This document shows, piece by piece, positions 29,409 through 36,719 of a stretch of 38,047 nt of DNA. The DNA is taken from NCBI GenBank assembly GCA_963802945.1, contig CAWDKY010000037.1:1-38047 (forward strand), read 5' to 3'. The stretch is from an uncultured delta proteobacterium. GTDB lineage: Bacteria; Desulfobacterota; RBG-13-43-22. Made by a program: the position numbers and the translations under genes. Below the pieces are notes generated by a model. The model was not told the DNA's origin. It worked only from the letters and a program-made list of their open reading frames with translations, and did no database searches. The stretch's first letter is position 1; the number at the start of each line of letters is the position of its first letter.

Positions 29409-30488
29409 TCAGGGTTGTTCTCCTCTTACCTTGGGGGTGGGGCCGGTGAGCCGCATGGCGCCCTTGGCAAGCACAGGGCCGAGCAGCAAGACGGCGAGAA
29501 AACGGCCGATCTGGACCGCCATCACCAGGGATGCGTCGACGTGCGTACCGGCAGCGATGATCGCGATCGAGTCCGCGCCGCCAGGGCTGGTGGCGAGGTA
29601 GGCGGTGAGTGCGTCGAGGTGCGATACGTGCGCCAGCACCCAGCCGATTGCGGCACAGGTCCCTATCAGCGTCACGATCGAGGTGAACACACGCGGCAGT
29701 GCGCGGGCCGCCTGACGGAAGATGTCGCGGGTGAAGCGTAGGCCAATGGCCCAACCGATGATCAGGTAGCTTGCCGCAAGGAGTGGCTGCGGCAGTTCGA
29801 CTCGAAGATAGCCCAGGTCCTGAAGTGCGGTCATAGCCACCAGGGGTAGGAGCAAAGGGGCGGCAGGGAGGCGCAGCCTCGGCCCGATGAGGCCGGAGAT
29901 GAGGATGACCACGAGCACGATCGCGAAAGATGGCCAGGCGACTGGCACGAGCCAGGCCGTATGATGCACGGCTGCGCCGGCGAGGCCCCAGAGCCGGCCC
30001 ACGAGCGAGGCCGTCAAAACGACGAGGACGACGCGCAGGTACTGCATCAAAGCGACCAGGGGCATGTCGCCGCCGAAGGAGTCGGCGAGCAGCACCATCA
30101 CCGTCGCCGCGCCGGGGAAGGAGCCCCACAAGGCCGTGTTCCCGGGCAAGACGTGCAGGCGGGTGAGCACCATACCGAGCGCTGTGGCGACAAGCAGAAC
30201 AGAAAGCGTCGCGCCGATAAAGAGGACGAGGTGCTGGCCGATGGTCTGGAACAGGGCAGGCGTAAAATTGCGGGCGATGAGGCAACCAACGACCGCCTGG
30301 GCGAGGGGGAAGAGCCAGCCAGGCATCTGCAGTGTTGCGCCGCCGCCGACAAGGATCATGGTCGCGCCCATTGCGCCGAGAAGGAAGGCCGCTGGCAGGC
30401 CGATCAATTGGAGGAGGGCGACAAGAACGGCGGTGGTTATCAGGAGGAGCGGAATCGTGAAAAAGAGGAGGTGATCCGTTTGATTCAT
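29409..30488 (-). CDS. AbrB-family membrane protein (AidB regulator / ammonia monooxygenase-like annotation)
   Basis: Duplicated LPAAFLLGAM / LPAAPLLLPL, FPGAATVM / SPGGADSI, ALMQYLRV / MAVQIGRF; visibly higher GC than flanks. Confidence 0.9.
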   Translation of the reverse strand: MNQTDHLLFFTIPLLLITTAVLVALLQLIGLPAAFLLGAMGATMILVGGGATLQMPGWLFPLAQAVVGCLIARNFTPALFQTIGQHLVLFIGATLSVLLVATALGMVLTRLHVLPGNTALWGSFPGAATVMVLLADSFGGDMPLVALMQYLRVVLVVLTASLVGRLWGLAGAAVHHTAWLVPVAWPSFAIVLVVILISGLIGPRLRLPAAPLLLPLVAMTALQDLGYLRVELPQPLLAASYLIIGWAIGLRFTRDIFRQAARALPRVFTSIVTLIGTCAAIGWVLAHVSHLDALTAYLATSPGGADSIAIIAAGTHVDASLVMAVQIGRFLAVLLLGPVLAKGAMRLTGPTPKVRGEQP

Positions 30489-30630
30489 TTTTGACAATCT
30501 GGCTCTCTTTTTATCCCCCTGTCCACACCTTTGTTGTCAACTCTCAATTCCAAGACGACTTCAGACATGGACACTCCTAATTTCTGGTTTAAATAGGGGC
30601 AGATTTCTTCCCTTTACTCCGATGCGGCCA
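30485..30630 (-). pseudogene. Possible degenerate C-terminal HTH fragment of a RAYT transposase
   Basis: REEICPYLNQKLGVSMSEVVLELRV..GIKR resembles LGFSMIEISKRLEI of the 6848 element; lies inside the 30662-30682 end motif. Confidence 0.4.
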
Positions 30631-30687
30631 TTCAACGACTAAATCCAGTATAGCATTTTGTGAACTTAGTGGTCAACGTCCCCTTTT

Positions 30688-30769
30688 AGTGAAGTTTATA
30701 CCTGCTCAAAAAGACGGGCAGCCTGCTGAGATGTTGGTCCAGATACCGGTCACCTTTAAGCTGGAATAA
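30688..30769 (+). pseudogene. In-frame copy of the tonB 3' end
   Basis: Encodes KFIPAQKDGQPAEMLVQIPVTFKLE*, the continuation of the TonB sequence broken at 26461. Confidence 0.85.
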
Positions 30770-30811
30770 AAAAGATGAAATGAGATAATGAGAAATTGAG
30801 ATTACAGATAT

Positions 30812-30847
30812 CCGTTGTCAACAAATAATTAGTATGGTCCCCCGATT
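30812..30847 (+). repeat. 39-bp end motif, copy 2 (3-nt deletion)
   Basis: CCGTTGTCAACAAATAATTAGTATGG-TCCCCCGATT, preceded by CAGATAT. Confidence 0.9.
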
Positions 30848-30886
30848 TCGTAGCCCTATCTCCTTTCTGTCAGAATGATATTGAGG

Positions 30887-32014
30887 CTATATGCGTCTCA
30901 GCCCGGGGATCGCCGGATAAAGGAACCAGAGATAGCGCTGATGAAAATGCGCTCTGGATTTAATAATCGGCTTATAGATTAGATGTGTGCTGTAAGGGTG
31001 GGTAGCGTTAAGAAATATTTTGGCAAGATAGCATAGCCGCCACCAGCGATTCATGCGCCGGAATTCCTGTAAGGCCTTATCCCTGTCTTTTACCGCGATC
31101 GCGGCAATTTTCCCGGATACGAGAGCGCCATGAACGCCTAACACCCAAGAGGGGTCCTGAACGCCCGCCAGCGTTCCCGTGAGAATGAACCGATCATGAA
31201 AAAGCCGCGGATTGAATAATGAATGTGTAGGCGTACCCACATAATCCTCGATTATTCTCCAATCGTCAAAATCCAATCCCTCATCTTCTTTTAGCCGCCT
31301 TGGAAACCACTCCTGGGCCGCTGCGGAAATGCTCGCCCCCCGCTGAAAGAGAATGGCGGCCCCTATGCCGTTTATAATGGTAAAATAGCCGTAGTCTTTC
31401 GTAAATCTATCAAGATATACTATTGTTTCAGGCCCTTGGTGTTTCTTGAATTCTTGAATGGCAAAATACGCATACGCCGGTACGAACGGCACATCAAGAG
31501 CGATAAAGGACTTTCGGAACATGCCGGTCGCTATAATGCTTCCCGATGGGAGTTCGGAAAAATCATTCTTGGACTCCACGACCGCATTGAAGCGGAATTT
31601 TACGCCCGCATTGCGGGCGGTATGATACAGGTGGGAATCAAGCGAGGATGGCCGCGGACCGCGCTCGATGAGTTTCACGTGCAAATTCTCTGGAAAATAC
31701 ATTTCGCATTTTGTACCCGATATATAAAAGCGCGCAGAGGGCAGCGGGGTAAAATAGTCGATGTGATTGCATTTTTCTTTATCGGGCATGAGATCAAAAC
31801 CAAGATAGTGCGAGAGTCGCTCGATATCGAATGGCGTCATGTCGGCAATCGCAAATGGTCTTTTCATTTTTACTTCCTGGTCTAGGGCGACCCCGCCGAT
31901 AGCATTCCCCCTCTCCCAGATTTCAACTTCATAGCCGTCGCGGGCCAAACAGATCCCCGCAGTCAACCCCGAAAGACCAGCGCCGACGATAAGTATTTTA
32001 CCCAGACGTGCCAT
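30887..32014 (-). CDS. FAD-dependent oxidoreductase (geranylgeranyl reductase-like)
   Basis: KILIVGAGLSGLTAG..EIWERG, IIATG, LTGTLAGVQDP..GVHGALVSGKIAA. Confidence 0.85.
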   Translation of the reverse strand: MARLGKILIVGAGLSGLTAGICLARDGYEVEIWERGNAIGGVALDQEVKMKRPFAIADMTPFDIERLSHYLGFDLMPDKEKCNHIDYFTPLPSARFYISGTKCEMYFPENLHVKLIERGPRPSSLDSHLYHTARNAGVKFRFNAVVESKNDFSELPSGSIIATGMFRKSFIALDVPFVPAYAYFAIQEFKKHQGPETIVYLDRFTKDYGYFTIINGIGAAILFQRGASISAAAQEWFPRRLKEDEGLDFDDWRIIEDYVGTPTHSLFNPRLFHDRFILTGTLAGVQDPSWVLGVHGALVSGKIAAIAVKDRDKALQEFRRMNRWWRLCYLAKIFLNATHPYSTHLIYKPIIKSRAHFHQRYLWFLYPAIPGLRRI

Positions 32015-32085
32015 GAGTATCCTATATCATTACTACATCTTCAATGTCAAGAAAATAGACCTGACCCCTATTTCCCCTCAGACAT

Positions 32086-32124
32086 CCGTTGTCAATAAAT
32101 AATTAGTATGGATGTCCCCCGATT
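32086..32124 (+). repeat. 39-bp end motif, copy 3
   Basis: 38/39 identical to 26460-26498, preceded by CAGACAT. Confidence 0.9.
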
Positions 32125-32245
32125 CTAAAATTCATACATATAATTAAAACCTAACGCTGAGGCTCTTTGACAGTGATTAGTTGCAAATGGGGTAAGCTAA
32201 TATCGTCTCTTTGAACCCCGATGGGCCCGTTCTCAAAGGTAGAAT

Positions 32246-32277
32246 TGTAAAATAGGGAGGGCTGTCCCTATTTTACA
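32246..32277. terminator. Perfect 13-bp hairpin abutting the Mrr-like gene stop (terminator or element end)
   Basis: TGTAAAATAGGGA-GGGCTG-TCCCTATTTTACA. Confidence 0.55.
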
Positions 32278-33330
32278 CTAGCTCTTTGTTTTCAAAAAAC
32301 TGGACAGCATTTTTCTCAAGCGCTCTACCCGTTTCCTGTCAGTTATTTCAACATAGTGAGCAGAATACTTTGTTTCAAGAACCAATCTCGCCTGAAGGAG
32401 CATGCCGAACTGGTAAGATTCAATCAGGATGAAGTGGGCAAGGCTGTTCTCGATCTTTTCACAGTAGTAGTAGTTATGAAGGTTAGGAGTGAAATAGAAC
32501 TTCCCCGGCTCTAGTTTTGTGTCGAATCCAAGGTTTACTTCCTGTGCTGATAGCTTGCGGACAACATTTCCAGCTTCGTCCGTCAGTTCATAGAATGTTC
32601 CAATTCCCTCCAACACATGGGTATCTACAGTCGGGGCCTTTGGGATGAAAGCCTTGGTAAGTTTATAAAAGAACTTGATTTTCTCTGGTCTGACATTACC
32701 TTCGTATGGTACGACCGCTACTGTTCCCGTTGGAAATTCAAGAACCTCTTCATATTCTTTCTCTGGCTGGAGACCAGAGATACTGATTCTCCACGAGTTC
32801 AGAAAAGCGTTGGGTGTGGTTTGACGGTCTGAAATATATAGCTGGATGTTATTCATCAGGTATGCCAATTTGCCCCCGATGTCCTCAAGAAAGAACTCCT
32901 TTTTATCCTGGAGGATGAACCTGACATTGAAGATGTTCAAAGCCGGTATTATTTTTGCGGCTATCTCATCCAAGTTAACATCGATTTTCTTTTCAAGAGT
33001 CAACAATTTAACCCCATGTCTAGCCGCTACCTCGAAGCAGCCTGATTGATAGCCACTTGAAGATACAAAGACGGCATTGCTGGCGTTGACATCCCTCGCT
33101 TTAGTTATGAAAGCATCAATTTTCGTAACTGGAACTTTGTCCTTGTAGTTCTTGCACTCGATTACAGTCAAATAGTCATATAAACCGGCCTTGAAACGCA
33201 ACGTAACATCGAATTGGCGGCCGTTTATATTATCATCCCAAGTAACAGAAGCACCTTGCGCTTCCGCGTGATGAATAGCCGCCACCAGTCTTTCAAATTC
33301 TTTCCAATTCGGGTTATTCATTGTCACCAT
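32278..33330 (-). CDS. Mrr-like restriction endonuclease (Mrr_cat N-terminal, unknown C-terminal domain), cassette gene
   Basis: WKEFERLVAAI..RQFDV..VIECKNY..VFVSSSGYQSG; starts 4 bp after the attC core. Confidence 0.85.
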   Translation of the reverse strand: MVTMNNPNWKEFERLVAAIHHAEAQGASVTWDDNINGRQFDVTLRFKAGLYDYLTVIECKNYKDKVPVTKIDAFITKARDVNASNAVFVSSSGYQSGCFEVAARHGVKLLTLEKKIDVNLDEIAAKIIPALNIFNVRFILQDKKEFFLEDIGGKLAYLMNNIQLYISDRQTTPNAFLNSWRISISGLQPEKEYEEVLEFPTGTVAVVPYEGNVRPEKIKFFYKLTKAFIPKAPTVDTHVLEGIGTFYELTDEAGNVVRKLSAQEVNLGFDTKLEPGKFYFTPNLHNYYYCEKIENSLAHFILIESYQFGMLLQARLVLETKYSAHYVEITDRKRVERLRKMLSSFLKTKS

Positions 33331-33334
33331 CTGG

Positions 33335-33384
33335 AACTAACATTGCGCTCAGCGGCGCGCGTCCGCTGAAGCGTTTGGTTGGGC
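33335..33384 (-). other. Integron attC site (50 bp, very short)
   Basis: Minus strand GCCCAAC-caaacgcttcagcggacgcgcgccgctgagcgcaat-GTTAGTT, between two co-oriented genes. Confidence 0.85.
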
Positions 33385-33390
33385 GCGCTC

Positions 33391-34449
33391 CTACGAACTT
33401 TTTCCTCCGTTTACATAAACAACGCTTCCGCCAGACAGATATGCCAAATCAAATCCACAATGATCGACCACATACTCTAAGAGATGATCCGACGGTTCCA
33501 CTTGAAGCGCAAGGCACTTTTGAGCGGCGTGAAGTTTTTTCTTATAAAGATAAGAGTAGTACCACAATTGGGCGACGCCAAGGCGCACCTGTGCGTCAAT
33601 GTTTGTGGGCCTGCAGGACTTCACCTCAACGATAATGGATTTGCGTGACTTCCTTGCGCAAAGGTCTAGATGTTTGTCATGTAGCAGGTCATAGCCCTTT
33701 GCCGAAAGGTATGCCGCAACCTTCTGCTTGACGCGTTCATGATTTATGAAAGACTCACGAAGCTTGGCGTTGTTCTTGATCAGACGGATTATCTCTTGGT
33801 TTGTGTGCGCATCATACTCCTTCTTCAAATAGTCCTGCAGATCACCCGATTTTGATTTATGGGCGGCACCGACGCCCCGGAGACGAGCTGGTGTGATGTC
33901 AGGGAAATACCTGCGCGCAATCTCCAGCAAAGTTGTGCCGGAAGGGGATCGCTCTAAGCCCAGATTCCTCAAAAGGCCGAGCATGTCAGAGAAGATATTT
34001 CGCGCTTCCCGACCTGAAAGATAGAGGAAGTACCGGCTAAATTGCTTGCCTGCTGGTACGTGCCGCTTATCATTGAACTCGAGATATTCTGGTAGCCTCA
34101 GGCAGAAGCGCTTAGGGGCTTTCACGCTGTAAAAGCGATCACGAATCTGGCGCGCCGGAAAGACCTGCGCATTGGCAAAGAGGCCGACGATGAATTGTCT
34201 GCTTTCGGAGATGTTTCTGGAGACGAAGAATACTACGCCTCCGTCGTCGAAGTGCCTGACGTCACGGCCTAGATTCTCAAAAAAGCCATACTGCCATTTG
34301 CCTGGACTTTGCCTGAAGTTCCAAGACTCACCTGGGATGTGTTTCGGATTGCTGGCGACCCATTTGAACCCAGAGCGGTCCGGGCTATGGGCTTCCCAGC
34401 CTTTACTATTCCATGTGAGATTGGCCAAAATAAAAGTGTTCTCGTTCAT
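33391..34449 (-). CDS. Putative two-domain nuclease with C-terminal PD-(D/E)XK motif, cassette gene
   Basis: HERVK..LDLCARK..IVEVKS..QVRLGVAQLWYY; N-terminal ANLTWNSKGW..ESWNF domain unassigned. Confidence 0.7.
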   Translation of the reverse strand: MNENTFILANLTWNSKGWEAHSPDRSGFKWVASNPKHIPGESWNFRQSPGKWQYGFFENLGRDVRHFDDGGVVFFVSRNISESRQFIVGLFANAQVFPARQIRDRFYSVKAPKRFCLRLPEYLEFNDKRHVPAGKQFSRYFLYLSGREARNIFSDMLGLLRNLGLERSPSGTTLLEIARRYFPDITPARLRGVGAAHKSKSGDLQDYLKKEYDAHTNQEIIRLIKNNAKLRESFINHERVKQKVAAYLSAKGYDLLHDKHLDLCARKSRKSIIVEVKSCRPTNIDAQVRLGVAQLWYYSYLYKKKLHAAQKCLALQVEPSDHLLEYVVDHCGFDLAYLSGGSVVYVNGGKSS

Positions 34450-34538
34450 TGTGCCTCTACGCGTTATCCTGCCCTATTTCGCTTGCTCTTCGTCCCTTCT
34501 CGTTTCCATAAGCGGCCAACGAGGGCGCGAAGCGTCCT

Positions 34539-34591
34539 CGACAACAATGGATTGAAACGACCTTTCAGGATCATCTCAATCCTTATTGGTT
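34539..34591 (-). other. Degenerate attC-like hairpin
   Basis: Minus strand AACCAAT-AAGGATTGAGATGA..TCGTTTCAATCCATT-GTTGTCG immediately at the stop of the upstream gene; followed by a small hairpin and GTTGGCC at 34520. Confidence 0.5.
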
Positions 34592-35294
34592 AACTCTTGT
34601 TTGCAAGCTGTGTCCCACCTTGGAATAGTTGTTCAAGGCTTCCCGAAAGCCAGTAGAGCAATTCATCAAATGCAGCCTCATCTCCACACAATGCTTTGCT
34701 ACTCCAAGCAGCTGCAAACTCAAGCGGATTGGACGGAGGCAATGGACCGCCTATGGCTGCATGTATTATACGAGGCAGGTTCGATCGATGTGTCATAGTG
34801 TTGCGAAAATCCTTCCATAGCTTCCACTGGTCGGAAGCAAGAAGCTGATGCAAGGTCGAAACTAGCCGGAGAGATTCATTGATGGACTTAAGTTGGTCCA
34901 ACAGGTGGCGTGCACCACTTTTGTATCTACGAGTTTCTTCACCAAACTCCAGACCAAACACACTTGGGGCGCTGGCAAGAGCATAACAGGCGTATATCGT
35001 TGCCTCAACACAGGATACTCCCGAGACAAAGGTTCCAAAGAGCAGTCGTTCCCGAAGGTAAATAGCGTCAAAGGAAACGTCCGGCCCATACTGCCGCCAA
35101 GACGCCATATAGCCTTCCTTGTCCTCCACACAGGCACGAAAACGCCACCCGATAATGTTTGATGCGCCACCAAATTCACGTCTTGCTTGAGAATTATCCG
35201 CTGACACGGCTCGGACGCTTTTGGCGAACTCTTCAAAGGCTTCGAGAGGAAATAAGGATGGCACATATAGTTGCAATATTTCAGAGAAAGGCAC
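34590..35294 (-). CDS. Putative HEPN-domain RNase, first cassette
   Basis: Helical-looking protein with RNTMTH (R-x4-H) motif; AGGAG RBS before GTG 35294. Confidence 0.65.
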   Translation of the reverse strand: MPFSEILQLYVPSLFPLEAFEEFAKSVRAVSADNSQARREFGGASNIIGWRFRACVEDKEGYMASWRQYGPDVSFDAIYLRERLLFGTFVSGVSCVEATIYACYALASAPSVFGLEFGEETRRYKSGARHLLDQLKSINESLRLVSTLHQLLASDQWKLWKDFRNTMTHRSNLPRIIHAAIGGPLPPSNPLEFAAAWSSKALCGDEAAFDELLYWLSGSLEQLFQGGTQLANKS

Positions 35295-35309
35295 GGCAAC
35301 TCTCCTTTG

Positions 35310-35351
35310 GGGCAACAAGTTATTCTAAAGTTTTTCTGTATAACTCCACAA
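35310..35351 (-). other. attI-like site B (intact GTT core)
   Basis: Minus strand TTGTGGAGTTATACAGAAAAACTTTAGAATAACTT-GTTGCCC; 33/38 identical to site A; similarity stops at the GTT. Confidence 0.72.
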
Positions 35352-35434
35352 AACAACGTATCCCGTCAGGGATCAATAGTGGTCATTGGCTGCTGTGAAA
35401 CTGTCAATTGACCACCAACCCGTTTTTAATTCGG

Positions 35435-35473
35435 GTAACCTATTATAAATGGTAAATATTGTCTTGACAAATT
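35435..35473 (+). repeat. Conserved 39-bp block with TTGACA, 119 bp from attI-like site B
   Basis: 36/39 identical to 15905-15943. Confidence 0.85.
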
Positions 35474-35643
35474 AATTTTGAATCATCTCCAAAAGTTGGC
35501 GATGAGCTGAGGATCATGGGGTCATTTTTTAATATTGACAATTGTCAATATCGGGGGGCATGGTAAGGAGGGCAGGGCCGAGTTTGATTCCCTGCCGCTC
35601 TGTTCACCAAGAGGCTTGGCATTTAACCTCAAAGAAAGAAACT

Positions 35644-36717
35644 ATGGAACGTATCATCCGCAAGAAGTCTCTGGAAGAATTGGTTGGACAGTTGTTTATG
35701 GTCGGGTTCGAAGGGACCAAATTCAACAGCGACCTGGACTATTTTCTGAAAAAATTGCATATCGGCGGTGTGATCCTTTTCCAAAGAAATGTCCAGGAAC
35801 CTTTTCAACTTGCAGACCTTTGCCAAGACCTGCAGAAAAAGGCTGAGGAGAGTTCTTCCATTCCTCTATTCATTTCCATTGATCAGGAAGGGGGCTCCGT
35901 TGCCCGATTGGGTCCCCCTTTTACTCAATTTGAATCCCAGGCGGTCATGGCCTCTTCCAAAGATCCGGAAGAGAGCATTCGTCAGTTCGCTCGGATTCAA
36001 ACCCAGGAGTTGAAGCTGATAGGGATCAATATGAATTTATGCCCGGTCCTGGATGTCAATTCCCGGGGGACTGAGGGATTCATGGCCTCCCGTTCTTACG
36101 GCTCCGATCCTTGGCAGGTGGCCCGATTGGGGGCCTTATGCATCCAAGAGTTTCAGCAGGCCGGAATCATGGCCTGCGCCAAACATTTCCCCGGAATCGG
36201 CGATACCGACTTGGATTCTCACCAAGACCTGCCCATTCAATTGAAAGAAAAATCAGAATTGGAACAGGTGGAATTGATTCCCTTTAAAGAGGCCATCAAG
36301 ATTCCTTCAGGGGCCGTCATGATCTCCCATGTCCGTTACCCGGCGTATGACCGGCAATATCCGGCCGGCCTTTCCCAAGCGATCATCACCGGACTACTGC
36401 GCAAAAGCTTGGGGTTTGAAGGGCTGGTCATGACTGACGACCTGGAAATGGGGGCGATTGAAAGACATTATGAGATTGAAGAAGCCCTTCTTTTGGCCTT
36501 TAAGGCCGGCGTTGATTGCTTGTTAATCTGCCATACCCCAGAAAAAATTGAAAAGGCCTATTTTTACCTATTGAATAAAATCAAAAAAGGTGACGTTTCC
36601 GAGGAATGGTTTAAAAAAAGCCTGATGCGCATCCTGCATTTGAAACGAAGATATCTTCAATCTTTTTTACCTGCCTCCGGAAAACAAATTAAGGAATATT
36701 TTTTGGCCAGAGGATAA
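35644..36717 (+). CDS. nagZ: Beta-N-acetylhexosaminidase (GH3)
   Basis: GGVILFQRN, ISIDQEGG, KHFPGIGDTDLDSH, MTDDLEMGAI. Confidence 0.93.
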   Translation: MERIIRKKSLEELVGQLFMVGFEGTKFNSDLDYFLKKLHIGGVILFQRNVQEPFQLADLCQDLQKKAEESSSIPLFISIDQEGGSVARLGPPFTQFESQAVMASSKDPEESIRQFARIQTQELKLIGINMNLCPVLDVNSRGTEGFMASRSYGSDPWQVARLGALCIQEFQQAGIMACAKHFPGIGDTDLDSHQDLPIQLKEKSELEQVELIPFKEAIKIPSGAVMISHVRYPAYDRQYPAGLSQAIITGLLRKSLGFEGLVMTDDLEMGAIERHYEIEEALLLAFKAGVDCLLICHTPEKIEKAYFYLLNKIKKGDVSEEWFKKSLMRILHLKRRYLQSFLPASGKQIKEYFLARG

Positions 36718-36719
36718 AA

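Noticed and set aside
29350-30494. Long alternative-frame ORFs over the AbrB gene (311 aa, 177 aa, 136 aa)
   Set aside because: Shadow ORFs caused by high GC; Arg/Pro-rich with no motifs
26460-32124. 39-bp repeats as a CRISPR array
   Set aside because: Copies are 1.2-4.3 kb apart, there are no spacer-sized intervals and no cas genes
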